Below, piece after piece: positions 7,865-18,461 of a DNA stretch of 64,000 nt. Source of the stretch: Limisphaerales bacterium (GTDB taxonomy: Bacteria > Verrucomicrobiota > Verrucomicrobiia > Limisphaerales > JBGAJN01); the NCBI GenBank assembly GCA_044224905.1, contig JBGAJN010000001.1, forward strand, positions 129,110 through 193,109, written 5' to 3'. Numbering within the stretch: position 1 is the first letter of the stretch; every line of letters starts with the position of its first letter. Both the position numbers and the translations under genes were made by a program. The notes below the pieces were generated by a model. That model was not told where the DNA came from. It was given only the letters and a program-made list of their open reading frames with translations, and made no database searches.

Positions 7865-10348
7865 ATGCCCACCATGAAAAGTCAAAGAAAACTCGGCGCT
7901 CGCCCGTCGGCTTCGCTCGGTGAAGTGGCGAAGCCGAAAGCGGTGCGTGCCGCTCGCTTCATCAAATGGTTTGCCGACATTCGCATCGAAGACGTGCCCA
8001 TTGTCGGTGGGAAGAACGCCTCGCTTGGCGAGATGTTCCACGAGTTGACGCCGAAGGGCGTGAAGGTGCCTGATGGTTTCGCGACGACTGCCGAAGCGTA
8101 TTGGCATTTCCTGCGCGAAGCGGGTTTGGAGCAGCAGATCCGCACCTCGCTGGATCTGCTCGACACGCAAAACGTCGAGCAGTTGCGCGAACGCGGGAGT
8201 CAAATCCGCCACGCGATTCTCGCGGCGGAATTGCCCGCTGATTTGGAGCGCGAGATCATCGCGGCCTACGACCTGATGAAAGGGCGCAACCTGCACCCCG
8301 TGGATGTCGCGGTGCGTTCGAGCGCGACGGCGGAGGATTTGCCGGATGCAAGCTTCGCCGGGCAGCAGGAGACTTACCTGAATGTCTGCGGTCACATGGC
8401 GTTGCTCGACACGGTGAAGCGTTGCTTCGCCTCGCTCTTCACTGATCGCGCGATCAGCTACCGCGCCGACAAGGGCTTCGACCACTTCAAGGTCGCGCTC
8501 AGCATCGGCGTGCAGCGGATGGTGCGCTCAGATCTCGCGGCCAGCGGCGTGATGTTCACGATCGATACCGAGACGGGTTTCCGCGACGCGGTGTTGATCA
8601 ATGCCGCCTACGGTCTCGGAGAAAACGTGGTGCAAGGTTCGGTGAATCCCGACGAATACTACGTCTTCAAGCCCACGCTAAAGACGGGCTTCAAGCCGAT
8701 TCTCCAAAAGATCGTCGGCACGAAGGAATTCAAGCTCATCTACGACGTCGGCGGCGGGAAGATGGTTAAGAACGTTCCCGTGCCCGCGGCGGATCGCGCG
8801 AAATTTGCGATCGACGATGAGGAGATTCTCCAGCTCGCGCGCTGGGCGTGCATCATCGAGGATCATTACTCGGCGAAGCGCGGTCAGTCGGTGCCGATGG
8901 ACATCGAGTGGGCAAAGGACGGTCACACGGGCGAACTGTTCATCGTGCAAGCGCGGCCCGAGACGGTGCAGTCGCGCAAGACGCTCGATGTGGTGGAGAC
9001 GTTCAAGCTCAAGCAACGCGGCACCGTGCTCATCAGTGGTCGCAGTGTCGGCGAGAAAATCGCCAGCGGACCGGTGCGCGTCATCAAGAGCGCAGAGCAC
9101 ATCGGGCAGTTCAAGCAAGGTGAGGTGCTCGTCACCGACAAGACCGATCCCGATTGGGAGCCGATCATGAAGAAGGCCGCCGCCATTGTGACCAACCGCG
9201 GCGGGCGCACGTGTCACGCGGCCATCGTGAGCCGCGAACTCGGCGTGCCCGCCATCGTCGGCACCGAGCACGGCACGGAAGTTCTGAAAGACGGGCAAGT
9301 CGTCACCGTGAGCTGTGCCGAGGGGGACATCGGGAATGTTTACGAAAGCAAGCTGCCCTTCGACGTGCAGCGAATGAATCTGAAAGAGCTCTCGCGTCCG
9401 CGCACGAAAGTGATGATGAACGTCGGCAATCCCGAGGAAGCCTTCTCACTAAGTTTCATTCCCAACGACGGTGTCGGGCTAGCGCGCGAGGAGTTCATCA
9501 TCACCACCTACATCAAGATTCATCCGCTCGCATTGCTCGATTACGACAAGCTCACGGACGCTGCGGCGAAGGCGCAGATTGACGCACTCACCGCCGGCTA
9601 CCCGGACAAGCCGCAGTTCTTCGTGGACAAGCTCGCGCAAGGGGTTGCGATGCTCGCTGCCGCGTTTTATCCGAAGGACGTCATCCTCCGCCTCAGCGAT
9701 TTCAAAACGAACGAATACGCGAACCTCATCGGCGGCAAAGCCTACGAGCCGACCGAGGAAAACCCGATGATCGGTTTCCGTGGCGCGAGCCGTTACTACC
9801 ATCCGCGCTATCAGGCCGGCTTCGCACTCGAATGCCGCGCGGTGAAAAAGGTCCGCGACGAAATGGGCCTCACGAACCTCAAGGTGATGATCCCGTTCTG
9901 CCGCACGATCGACGAAGGTAAACGCGTGCAAGCAGAGATGGCGAAGCACGGGCTCAAGCGCGGCGAGCGCGGGCTGGAGCTTTACGTCATGTGCGAAATC
10001 CCGAGCAACGTGATTCTCGCCGAGGAGTTCTGCGAAATCTTCGACGGCTTCAGCATCGGCTCCAACGACCTCACCCAACTCACGCTCGGTGTGGATCGCG
10101 ACAGCGAAATCGTCGCGCCGATCTTCGACGAGCGAAACGCCGCCGTGAAAAAGTTGATCGCGCAGGTCATAGCCGTCTGCCGCGCGAAGAAGCGCAAGAT
10201 CGGCATCTGCGGCCAGGCGCCGAGCGATTATCCGGACTTCGCGCAGTTCCTCGTCGAGCAGGGAATCAACAGCATCTCGCTCAATCCCGACACGGTCCTC
10301 AAGACCACGTTGGCGATCCTCGAGAAAGAAAAGAAGCTGGCGAAGTGA
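7865..10348 (+). CDS. ppsA: Phosphoenolpyruvate synthase
   Basis: VGGKNASLGEM, VRSSATAEDLP, GGRTCHAAI (phospho-His), EENPMIGFRG, FSIGSNDLTQ. Confidence 0.97.
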   Translation: MPTMKSQRKLGARPSASLGEVAKPKAVRAARFIKWFADIRIEDVPIVGGKNASLGEMFHELTPKGVKVPDGFATTAEAYWHFLREAGLEQQIRTSLDLLDTQNVEQLRERGSQIRHAILAAELPADLEREIIAAYDLMKGRNLHPVDVAVRSSATAEDLPDASFAGQQETYLNVCGHMALLDTVKRCFASLFTDRAISYRADKGFDHFKVALSIGVQRMVRSDLAASGVMFTIDTETGFRDAVLINAAYGLGENVVQGSVNPDEYYVFKPTLKTGFKPILQKIVGTKEFKLIYDVGGGKMVKNVPVPAADRAKFAIDDEEILQLARWACIIEDHYSAKRGQSVPMDIEWAKDGHTGELFIVQARPETVQSRKTLDVVETFKLKQRGTVLISGRSVGEKIASGPVRVIKSAEHIGQFKQGEVLVTDKTDPDWEPIMKKAAAIVTNRGGRTCHAAIVSRELGVPAIVGTEHGTEVLKDGQVVTVSCAEGDIGNVYESKLPFDVQRMNLKELSRPRTKVMMNVGNPEEAFSLSFIPNDGVGLAREEFIITTYIKIHPLALLDYDKLTDAAAKAQIDALTAGYPDKPQFFVDKLAQGVAMLAAAFYPKDVILRLSDFKTNEYANLIGGKAYEPTEENPMIGFRGASRYYHPRYQAGFALECRAVKKVRDEMGLTNLKVMIPFCRTIDEGKRVQAEMAKHGLKRGERGLELYVMCEIPSNVILAEEFCEIFDGFSIGSNDLTQLTLGVDRDSEIVAPIFDERNAAVKKLIAQVIAVCRAKKRKIGICGQAPSDYPDFAQFLVEQGINSISLNPDTVLKTTLAILEKEKKLAK

Positions 10349-10373
10349 ACGGGACGGGAGTTGATTTGAGGTC

Positions 10374-10850
10374 ATGAAACTTCGCAGGTCTTGGAGCGAA
10401 AAACTCGCCGACGACAAGGGGCTGCCGCGCGTTGGGCGCATCGAGGGCCGCATGACGAAGCGCTGGGGCACGGGCACGATGGTCATTCCCGCGCCGCGCG
10501 AAGTGGATGAGTTAATGCGCCAAGTGCCGAAAGGAAAGCTCACCACAATCAACGAACTCCGCACCGCGCTCGCGCGCAAACACCAAGCCGACATCGGCTG
10601 CCCGATCACGACGGGCATCTTCGCGTGGATCGCCGCGCACGCCGCCGAAGAACAACTTGCCGCCGGTCGCAAGCGCGTCACACCCTACTGGCGCACGTTG
10701 AAACTCGGCGGTGAATTGAATCCGAAATATCCCGGCGGTTTCGCCGCGCTGAAACGCCGCCTCGCCACGGAGGGACACAAAGTCATCTCACGGGGCAAGC
10801 GCGCCTTCGTCGCGGACTACGAGCGCAAGCTATTCCGATTCTCCACCTAA
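10374..10850 (+). CDS. MGMT/alkyltransferase-like DNA-binding domain protein
   Basis: [33 protein letters not shown]; the PCHR active site is replaced by PYWR. Confidence 0.7.
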   Translation: MKLRRSWSEKLADDKGLPRVGRIEGRMTKRWGTGTMVIPAPREVDELMRQVPKGKLTTINELRTALARKHQADIGCPITTGIFAWIAAHAAEEQLAAGRKRVTPYWRTLKLGGELNPKYPGGFAALKRRLATEGHKVISRGKRAFVADYERKLFRFST

Positions 10851-10854
10851 ATTT

Positions 10855-13587
10855 ATGCACACCACCACGCCGCCACCCACCGACGCCGATCCGTTGCCGC
10901 CACACGCTTCACCTGCCAATCCGCTTCACGCCTTCTTTGCGCCGCGTTCCGTCGCCGTCATTGGCGCGACGGAAAATCCCGGCAGCGTCGGACGCGCAGT
11001 GATGGAAAATCTCCTCGCCTTCTCCGGCCACGTTTATCCGGTAAATCCCAAACGCGCCACGATCCTCGGGCGCGCGGCATTTCCCAGCATCGCCGCCGTG
11101 CGCGCGCCGGTGGATCTCGCCGTGATCGTCACCCCGGCGACGAGTGTGCCCGGCGTCATTCGCGAATCCGCCGCCGCGGGTGTGCGCAGCGCGGTCATTA
11201 TCTCGGCGGGCTTCAAAGAAGTCGGCGCCGCCGGTGCGGAACTCGAGCGGCAAGTGATGGAAGAGGCCCGCCGCGTGCGCATGCGGGTCATCGGTCCGAA
11301 CTGCCTTGGCGTGATGACGCCGCGGCTCGGTTTCAACGCCACGTTCGCCGCCGCGCTCGCGCGTCCGGGCAACGTCGCGTTTCTCAGCCAAAGCGGTGCG
11401 TTGTGCACGGCGATTCTCGACTGGAGCTTCCGCGAGAATGTCGGCTTCAGCGCGTTCGTTTCCGTGGGCTCGATGCTCGACGTTGGCTGGGGCGATCTGC
11501 TCTATCACCTCGCGGACGATCCGCACACGAAGAGCATCGTGTGCTATATGGAATCGGTTGGCGACGCGCGCAGCTTTCTCTCCGCCGCGCGCGAGGTTGC
11601 TTACACCAAGCCCATCATCGTCATCAAAGTCGGCCGCACAGACGCCGCTGCGAAGGCCGCCGCGTCGCACACCGGCTCGCTTACCGGCAGCGACTCCGTG
11701 CTGGAGGCCGCGTTCCGTCGCGTGGGCGTGCTGCGCGTGAACACGATTGGCGAGTTGTTCAACATGGCTGAACTGCTCGCCAAACAACCGCACCCAACCG
11801 GTCCGCGTCTCGCGATCGTCACGAATGCCGGCGGCCCCGGCGCGCTCGCGACCGATCTCCTCGTCACCAGCGGCGGTCAGCTCGCGCCGCTCGGCGATGC
11901 CACGCAGAAGGAATTGAACGCACTGCTCCCGCCGCATTGGAGCCACGGCAATCCCGTGGACGTGCTCGGAGATGCGGATGCCGCGCGTTACGCGAAGGCA
12001 GTGGAGATTGTCAGCCGCGATCCGAACACGGACGGCATGCTCGTCATTCTCACGCCGCAGGCGATGACCGATCCGCTTGGTACCGCCGAAGCCCTGCAAC
12101 CTTTCGCGCACACCGGAAAGCCGCTGCTGACAAGTTGGATGGGCGGCGCTTCGCTCGACACTTCGCGCACGCAGCTCAACGCTGCGGGCATTCCGACCTA
12201 CGATTATCCCGACACGGCCGCGCGCGCGTTTGCGTTGATGTGGCATTACAGCGCCAGCCTGCGACAGATTTACGAAACGCCCACGGCGCTCGCTGACAAG
12301 AATGCTGGCGCCAACATTGCCGCCGCGCTCGAAATCATCGAGCACGTCCGCCGCTCGAAGCGCACGTTGCTCACCGAGTTCGAATCGAAGAAACTCCTCG
12401 CCGCGTATGGCATTCCCACGGTCGAGACCCACATCGCCCGCAGCGAAGACGAAGCGGTCGCCGTCGCGGAGAAATTGGGATTCCCCGTCGCGCTGAAACT
12501 CCACTCCGAAACACTCACGCACAAAACCGATGTCGGCGGCGTGCAGTTGAACATCCGAACTGCAGCAGGCGTGCGGCACTCGTGGCAATCCATCCAGAAG
12601 TCGGTGACTGAGAAGGCGGGCGCGCAACATTTCCTCGGTGTGACCGTGCAGACCATGGTGCCGCGCGAGGGCTACGAACTCATCTTCGGGTGCAGCATTG
12701 ATCCGCAATTCGGCCCCGTGCTCCTCTTCGGCGCCGGCGGCCAGTTGGTGGAGGTCTTGAAAGACAGCGCCATCGCGTTGCCACCACTCAACGCCACGCT
12801 TGCACGGCGTTTGATGGAACAGACGAAAGTTTTCACCGCGCTTCAGGGCATTCGTGGTCGCAAACCAATCAACGTCGACGGCATCGCGCAGTTGCTGGTG
12901 CGGTTCAGCCAGCTTGTCATCGAGAATCCGCGCATCGCCGAGCTCGACATCAATCCGCTCCTCGTCTCGACCGAGCGCCTCATCGCCCTCGACGCGCGCG
13001 TGGTGCTGCACCCGCCAGAAATTGCCGACGAACATCTCCCGCGTCCGGCGATTCGCCCGTATCCCACGCAGTACGTCTCGGCCGCGAAGTTGCGCGATGG
13101 CACAGCGCTAACGCTGCGGCCCATCCGAGCCGAGGATGAGCCGCTCATGGTGAAGTTTCACGGCGGGCTGTCGGAGCGGAGCGTTTACCTGCGCTATTTC
13201 ACTCCGTTGCCATTGAGCGAACGGACCGCGCATCAGCGGCTCGCGCGTCTGTGCTTTGCCGATTACGACCGCGAACTCGCGCTGGTTGCCGAGCACCGCA
13301 ACACGCACGGAGCATCGGAAATCGCCGGCATCGCAAGGCTCATCAAGGAACACGGCGTGAACGAAGCCGAGTTTGGTGTGATTGTTGTGGACGCGTGGCA
13401 GGGTCGCGGCGTGGGCACGGTGTTAATGGAGAAACTCGTGCACACGGCGCGCGAGGAAAAGCTCGCGTGCGTGCGCGGCGTCATTCTCGCCGAGAACCAC
13501 GAGATGCTCGATCTCGCTCGTCGACTTGGCTTCGCGCTTCATCGCACGGAGGACACGAACGAGTTTGAGGCCGTGTTGAAATTCTAA
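10855..13587 (+). CDS. Bifunctional ADP-forming acetate-CoA ligase family protein / GNAT acetyltransferase (Pat/Pka-like)
   Basis: [40 protein letters not shown], then a C-terminal GNAT domain (WQGRGVG). Confidence 0.92.
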   Translation: MHTTTPPPTDADPLPPHASPANPLHAFFAPRSVAVIGATENPGSVGRAVMENLLAFSGHVYPVNPKRATILGRAAFPSIAAVRAPVDLAVIVTPATSVPGVIRESAAAGVRSAVIISAGFKEVGAAGAELERQVMEEARRVRMRVIGPNCLGVMTPRLGFNATFAAALARPGNVAFLSQSGALCTAILDWSFRENVGFSAFVSVGSMLDVGWGDLLYHLADDPHTKSIVCYMESVGDARSFLSAAREVAYTKPIIVIKVGRTDAAAKAAASHTGSLTGSDSVLEAAFRRVGVLRVNTIGELFNMAELLAKQPHPTGPRLAIVTNAGGPGALATDLLVTSGGQLAPLGDATQKELNALLPPHWSHGNPVDVLGDADAARYAKAVEIVSRDPNTDGMLVILTPQAMTDPLGTAEALQPFAHTGKPLLTSWMGGASLDTSRTQLNAAGIPTYDYPDTAARAFALMWHYSASLRQIYETPTALADKNAGANIAAALEIIEHVRRSKRTLLTEFESKKLLAAYGIPTVETHIARSEDEAVAVAEKLGFPVALKLHSETLTHKTDVGGVQLNIRTAAGVRHSWQSIQKSVTEKAGAQHFLGVTVQTMVPREGYELIFGCSIDPQFGPVLLFGAGGQLVEVLKDSAIALPPLNATLARRLMEQTKVFTALQGIRGRKPINVDGIAQLLVRFSQLVIENPRIAELDINPLLVSTERLIALDARVVLHPPEIADEHLPRPAIRPYPTQYVSAAKLRDGTALTLRPIRAEDEPLMVKFHGGLSERSVYLRYFTPLPLSERTAHQRLARLCFADYDRELALVAEHRNTHGASEIAGIARLIKEHGVNEAEFGVIVVDAWQGRGVGTVLMEKLVHTAREEKLACVRGVILAENHEMLDLARRLGFALHRTEDTNEFEAVLKF

Positions 13588-13590
13588 CCT

Positions 13591-14418
13591 ATGCCCGAAG
13601 TCTTTGGATTCGATGCCTACTCGCCGAAAGAAATCGCCGAGCGCGTGGAAAACGTCGGCGTCACCAAGGCGAATCTGCCGTTGCTGTCGATGTTCGCGCT
13701 GGGCGTGCTCGCGGGTGGATTCATCGGATTGGGGGCGATGTTCTTCACGATCGTCGCGAGTGATTCAGGTCTCTCATTCGCCGTAACGCGAGTGCTGGGT
13801 GGCGCGGTGTTCTCGCTCGGTTTGATCCTCGTGGTCATCGCGGGCGCCGAACTGTTCACCGGCAACAATCTGCTTGTAATGGGGTTGGTCAGCGGGCGAA
13901 TTCCGCCGGGCAAAGTTGTGGAAAACCTGGTCGTCGTTTATCTGGCGAACTTCCTCGGCGCGGCCGGGCTCGCGGTATGCGTCGCGCTCTCGGGTCACTG
14001 GAAGATGAACGGCGGAGCGATCGGAAAAACTGCGGTGACCATCGCGGCAGCAAAGTGCGCGCTGCCATTTGCCGAAGCTTTCTTCAAGGGCGTGCTCTGC
14101 AATCTGCTTGTCTGCCTCGCGGTGTGGCTCGCGATGGCGGGGCGCAATGTGACCGACAAAATCCTCGCGATCCTATTTCCCATCACGGCATTTGTGGCGG
14201 CGGGCTTTGAGCACAGCGTGGCGAACATGTATTTCATCCCGCTCGGCATCGCGCTACGCGGCGACGTGTTATTGCCCGGTGGCGTTGACGCGAGTGCGCT
14301 GGATTGGATCGGCCTTGCCCGAAATCTTTTGCCGGTGACGCTGGGCAACCTCGTCGGTGGCGCGGGAATGGTGGGCTTGATTTACTGGCTCATCTATCGG
14401 CGTAAAGCCCAAGCTTGA
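13591..14418 (+). CDS. Formate/nitrite transporter (FNT) family channel
   Basis: GAELFTGN, LCNLLVCLAVW, FVAAGFEHSVANM, VTLGNLVGG. Confidence 0.93.
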   Translation: MPEVFGFDAYSPKEIAERVENVGVTKANLPLLSMFALGVLAGGFIGLGAMFFTIVASDSGLSFAVTRVLGGAVFSLGLILVVIAGAELFTGNNLLVMGLVSGRIPPGKVVENLVVVYLANFLGAAGLAVCVALSGHWKMNGGAIGKTAVTIAAAKCALPFAEAFFKGVLCNLLVCLAVWLAMAGRNVTDKILAILFPITAFVAAGFEHSVANMYFIPLGIALRGDVLLPGGVDASALDWIGLARNLLPVTLGNLVGGAGMVGLIYWLIYRRKAQA

Positions 14419-14473
14419 GATACGGAATCCCAAGCTCCACGCAGTTTGGTAGCGAAATGAAGACTCGCCTGTC

Positions 14474-15529
14474 TCAGACGACCTTCGCCTCGCCCTTGCC
14501 TTTGATGACCATGCCGATCAACCACGCGTCGTGTTTCGCGGCGCGGATCGATTTGAGCACGGCGTCGGCTTTGTCGGCGGCGACGATGGTGACCATGCCG
14601 ATGCCCATGTTGAAGACCTGGTAGAGTTCGGCATCGGGCACGCCGCTCTTGGCCTCGATCATCTTGAAGATCGGGAGCATGTCCCAGGAACCTTTGCGGA
14701 TGACCACGTCGCACTTGTCGGAGAGCACACGGGGAATGTTGTCGACGAACCCGCCGCCGGTGATGTGCGCGAAGGCTTTCACGGCGTTCGCCTTGCCCGG
14801 CTTGTTGAATTTCTTCACCAATGTCTGCACGAGCGGACCGTAGCTGACGTGAACTTTCAGCAACTCATCGCCAATGGTGTTGCCGAGCTCGGCAACGCGG
14901 CTCGTGGGCTTAAGCTTCAGCTGTTCGAAGAAGATTTTCCGCGCGAGCGAATAGCCGTTGGTATGGAGGCCGGACGCCTTGATGCCGATGACGACGTCGC
15001 CGGGCTTCACGGTTTTCTGGCCGTTGAGCATGCGCGCCTTCTCCACGACGCCGACGATGGTGCCGCTGACGTCGTATTCGCCGGGCTGGTAAAAGCCGGG
15101 CATCTGCGCGGTCTCGCCACCGATGAGTGTGCAGTTGTTCGCCGCGCAACCGCGTGCGAAGCCCTTGATGATCTCGGTGAAAACGTGCGGCTCGAGTTTG
15201 CCGGTGCCGAGATAATCGAGGAAGAAGAGCGGTTCCGCGCCGAGCACGGCGATGTCATTAACGCAGTGGTTCACCAAGTCCTCGCCGATGGTGTCGTGGC
15301 GATCCATCGCGAAGGCGATCTTCAACTTGGTGCCAACGCCATCGACGGACGAGACGAGGACGGGCTGCTTGTACTTCTTCGTGTCGAGGGCGAAGAGTCC
15401 GCCGAAACCGCCAACCTTGCCGAGGACTTCGCGGCGATGGGTCGAGGCGAGAAGTTGCGGAAGCGTGGCCTTCATCTTGTTGCCAAGATCGATGTCCACA
15501 CCGGCGGCTGCGTATGCTTTTATCTTCAT
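14474..15529 (-). CDS. purM: Phosphoribosylformylglycinamidine cyclo-ligase (AIR synthase)
   Basis: YAAAGVDI, GGFGG, DGVGTK, GGETAQMPG, SGLHTNGYSL, FNMGIG. Confidence 0.97.
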   Translation of the reverse strand: MKIKAYAAAGVDIDLGNKMKATLPQLLASTHRREVLGKVGGFGGLFALDTKKYKQPVLVSSVDGVGTKLKIAFAMDRHDTIGEDLVNHCVNDIAVLGAEPLFFLDYLGTGKLEPHVFTEIIKGFARGCAANNCTLIGGETAQMPGFYQPGEYDVSGTIVGVVEKARMLNGQKTVKPGDVVIGIKASGLHTNGYSLARKIFFEQLKLKPTSRVAELGNTIGDELLKVHVSYGPLVQTLVKKFNKPGKANAVKAFAHITGGGFVDNIPRVLSDKCDVVIRKGSWDMLPIFKMIEAKSGVPDAELYQVFNMGIGMVTIVAADKADAVLKSIRAAKHDAWLIGMVIKGKGEAKVV

Positions 15530-15530
15530 A

Positions 15531-15559
15531 GGATTCTGGATTCGGGAGTCAGGATTCAG
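15531..15559. repeat. Left arm of a 29-bp inverted repeat made of heptamer units
   Basis: GGATTCTGGATTCGGGAGTCAGGATTCAG; 28/29 match to the reverse complement of 15934-15962. Confidence 0.95.
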
Positions 15560-15920
15560 CGTTTGCGGTCGAACGCGAATAGGACGAAATCAATCCGCTG
15601 CATAGCCGACTGACTTCGGAGCAAAGATTCTGAATTCGCTCAACATTTTCACGATCACCGAGTTCATTGTCACCGACAACGTAAAGCAATGATTTCACTT
15701 CACCTGCCGAGGCTTTCGCAACATTCCACAGCTGAAGTTTTTCAGCGCGATGAACACGTTCGAAGCCCTCTGCGAGGTTGGCCATGACCGAAACGGCAGC
15801 CCGTTGCAACTGATCACGCAAGCCAAAGTCTTTGTTCAAGGAGGCCAGACGGCCCAGCCGATAAATCTCATTCGTTAGCTCACGCGCCTTTTGCCAGGCT
15901 TTTAAGTCCTCAAACTTCAT
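15549..15920 (-). CDS. Four helix bundle protein (23S rRNA IVP / TIGR02436-like)
   Basis: MKFEDLKAWQKARELT...DFGLRDQLQRAAVSVMANLAEGFER...AKASAGEV; visibly lower GC than its neighbours. Confidence 0.92.
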   Translation of the reverse strand: MKFEDLKAWQKARELTNEIYRLGRLASLNKDFGLRDQLQRAAVSVMANLAEGFERVHRAEKLQLWNVAKASAGEVKSLLYVVGDNELGDRENVERIQNLCSEVSRLCSGLISSYSRSTANAES

Positions 15921-15933
15921 GTGCAAACGGTGA

Positions 15934-15962
15934 CTGAATCCTGACTCCTGAATCCAGAATCC
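15934..15962. repeat. Right arm of the 29-bp heptamer inverted repeat
   Basis: CTGAATC CTGACTC CTGAATC CAGAATC C, directly adjacent to the purF stop codon. Confidence 0.95.
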
Positions 15963-17432
15963 TTAAAGGAGCTTCGGCTGCAATTCTTCCTTCGCCAACG
16001 ATTCGCCGAGGCTCTCCACGCGGGCGCGACGGCGTTCCATGATCTGCTTGTCCACGGTCGGATCGTAAGGCACAGGATAATTGCCGTCGTAGCAGGCCAT
16101 GCAGAAACCTTCCTTCGGCAGACCAGTCGCCTTGACCATGCCTTCCTTCGAAAGGTAACCGAGCGAGTCCGCGTTCAAATACTTCCGGATCTCGTCGATC
16201 GAATAATTCGCCGCCATCAACTTTTTGCGGTCGGGGAAATCGATACCGTACACGCACGGATTCATGTGCGGCGGGCAACTCACCAGCACGTGAACTTCCT
16301 TCGCGCCGGCTTCCTTCAAATTGTTCACGCGCGTCTTGCACGTGGTGCCGCGCACGATCGAATCGTCCACGATGATCACGCGCTTGTCCTTCACCAGCTC
16401 GGGGATGAGGTTCAACTTCACGCGCACGTTGAAATCACGGATGAGCTGCGACGGCTGCAAGAAACTGCGGCCGATGTAATGGTTGCGCACGAACGCCATC
16501 TCGTAGGGTACGCCCGATTCCATCGCGTAACCGAGCGCGGCGGAGTTGCCGCTGTCAGGCACGGGAACGACAATGTCGGCTTTGATGGGGAACTCGCGCG
16601 CGAGCTGGCGCCCCATTTCCACGCGGACTTTGTAAACGTTGCGATTCGAAATCGTGCTGTCGGGGCGGGCGAAATAAACGTATTCGAAAATGCAGAACGC
16701 GCGGCGTTGCTGCTCGGGAAACGCTTGAATGCTCCGCAGACCGTTCTTATCGATGATGACGATCTCGCCCGGTTCGACATCGCGGACGAACTTCGCGTGG
16801 ATCAAATCAAACGCGCACGTCTCGCTCGAAAGCACCCAAGCACCATCCACCTTGCCGATCGAGAGCGGACGGAACCCATGCGGATCACGCACGCCGATCA
16901 ACTCATTCTCAGTCATGATGACGAGCGAGTAGGCGCCTTCGATACGGCGGACGGTTTCGATGAGATTGTTTTCGCTATGATTGAAGGCCGGCTGCGCGAG
17001 GAGATTGAGAATGATCTCGCTGTCCACGGTGGTCTGGAACATCGAGCCCTTGCCTTCGAGTTCGTCGCGAACTTTCGCGGCATTGGTCAGGTTGCCGTTG
17101 TGCGCGATGGCGATTTGGCCGCGCCAGCAATTGCCCGTCAGCGGCTGCGCGTTGCGGATGTGCGAGGAACCGGTCGTCGAATAGCGCGTGTGACCAACGG
17201 CCATTTTGCCAACGAGCTTGCACAAGATTTCGCTGTCGAAAATCTGCGAGACGAGGCCCATGCCTTTGTGCTCGCGGAATTGTGTCCCGTCGCTGGTGAC
17301 GATGCCGGCGCTCTCCTGACCGCGGTGTTGGAGCGCGTACAGCCCGAAGTACGTCAGCTCAGCCGCGTTCGGGTGACCGAAAATGCCGAACACGCCGCAA
17401 TAATGTTTTGGGTAATACTCGGAACTCTGCAT
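15963..17432 (-). CDS. purF: Amidophosphoribosyltransferase
   Basis: Propeptide then CGVFG, LQHRGQE, GHTRYST, HNGNL, PVPDSG, IVDDSIVRGTT; Fe-S cysteines (CPP, FCMAC). Confidence 0.98.
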   Translation of the reverse strand: MQSSEYYPKHYCGVFGIFGHPNAAELTYFGLYALQHRGQESAGIVTSDGTQFREHKGMGLVSQIFDSEILCKLVGKMAVGHTRYSTTGSSHIRNAQPLTGNCWRGQIAIAHNGNLTNAAKVRDELEGKGSMFQTTVDSEIILNLLAQPAFNHSENNLIETVRRIEGAYSLVIMTENELIGVRDPHGFRPLSIGKVDGAWVLSSETCAFDLIHAKFVRDVEPGEIVIIDKNGLRSIQAFPEQQRRAFCIFEYVYFARPDSTISNRNVYKVRVEMGRQLAREFPIKADIVVPVPDSGNSAALGYAMESGVPYEMAFVRNHYIGRSFLQPSQLIRDFNVRVKLNLIPELVKDKRVIIVDDSIVRGTTCKTRVNNLKEAGAKEVHVLVSCPPHMNPCVYGIDFPDRKKLMAANYSIDEIRKYLNADSLGYLSKEGMVKATGLPKEGFCMACYDGNYPVPYDPTVDKQIMERRRARVESLGESLAKEELQPKLL

Positions 17433-17590
17433 CGCGCGCGGAAACTGAACCGGACGCAGGCACACTTGGCAAGCGGAGAATGGGAAAAGCTGGCTATGGG
17501 CCCCAATCCAAGCGGAAAATCGGCGCGCAAAAACCGCGTTTCGGCGAAATGACGTCGAAAGGACGAATCGGAGCCGTTCTACGGGGCCGA

Positions 17591-18262
17591 CTATTTGGCG
17601 CCGCTAAGGTGCTTCAATTGGATATTCCGAAACGCCGCGCGCGTCTGATACGTGGCAATTCCAAACGGAACCGAGCTCTCGATTTCGCCGGGGCGCATGG
17701 AAATTTTTTTGTCGGCCGTTTCCAAATCCGTAAGCTTCTCATCGTCGAGCCACATCTCGATCTTTGCATCCGTCACGCGGACGCGAATGCGATACCACTT
17801 GCCCGAATCATAGCGGACAAACTTCGTCGTTTCGTTCTCTGAAGCGTCAGATGCATCCACGCTGGAAATACCCGTTACCGCACCGCCCCAGCCGCCGAAG
17901 ACCACCGTGAAGTGCGCGTCCTTGTAGGGCATCGTCAGGCCGCAGAAGAAATCGTTGCCGTTGATGCGCATTGCTTCGAGCGTCACCTCGTAGTTCACCT
18001 TGGGAACTGGGTTGGTGTAAGAGAGCCCGCTCAACGCTTCGCCCTGATCGATGATCAGCGCGGGTTTGCCGTCCTTGAACTTCTCTTCAACGGTCCCGCC
18101 TGCTTGAGTGGAAAAATCCGTGGGCTTCCAACCTTTCAAGGTCTTCCCGTCGAACAGTGACACCACGCTGTCGCCGGCGGATTTTGCCGCGGGCTTCTTC
18201 TCCTCCGCCGCGCCGAGATGGAACGCGGTGGCCAGCAACAACAGGGCGGCGAGTTTCTTCAT
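17591..18262 (-). CDS. Secreted DUF1080 (3-keto-disaccharide hydrolase-like) protein
   Basis: Signal peptide MKKLAALLLLATAFHLGA, SLFDGKTLKGW, WYRIRVRV, FRNIQLK. Confidence 0.8.
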   Translation of the reverse strand: MKKLAALLLLATAFHLGAAEEKKPAAKSAGDSVVSLFDGKTLKGWKPTDFSTQAGGTVEEKFKDGKPALIIDQGEALSGLSYTNPVPKVNYEVTLEAMRINGNDFFCGLTMPYKDAHFTVVFGGWGGAVTGISSVDASDASENETTKFVRYDSGKWYRIRVRVTDAKIEMWLDDEKLTDLETADKKISMRPGEIESSVPFGIATYQTRAAFRNIQLKHLSGAK

Positions 18263-18461
18263 ACGAGATTCAGACGTGGTGTGCGTTGGTTTTGTTTGAT
18301 GAACGGGGAGAAGTTGCCGCAGCCCGTCGCATTCTCCAAGACCGAATGCGCCGACGACGCCGAAAAATTCTGTTCCCTCCGCGACGGTTTTCGCTATTGT
18401 TGCCGGCCGATTGTCTCCCCGCAGGCGTGTCCGGCGCGGCAGCCCTTCGCGACGCAATATC

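Noticed and set aside
15549-15920. Diversity-generating retroelement, suggested by the Avd-like four-helix protein
   Set aside because: No reverse transcriptase and no TR/VR pair seen in the window
15531-15962. Classical IS element
   Set aside because: The cargo has no transposase motifs and no target-site duplication is evident; kept as an unexplained cassette
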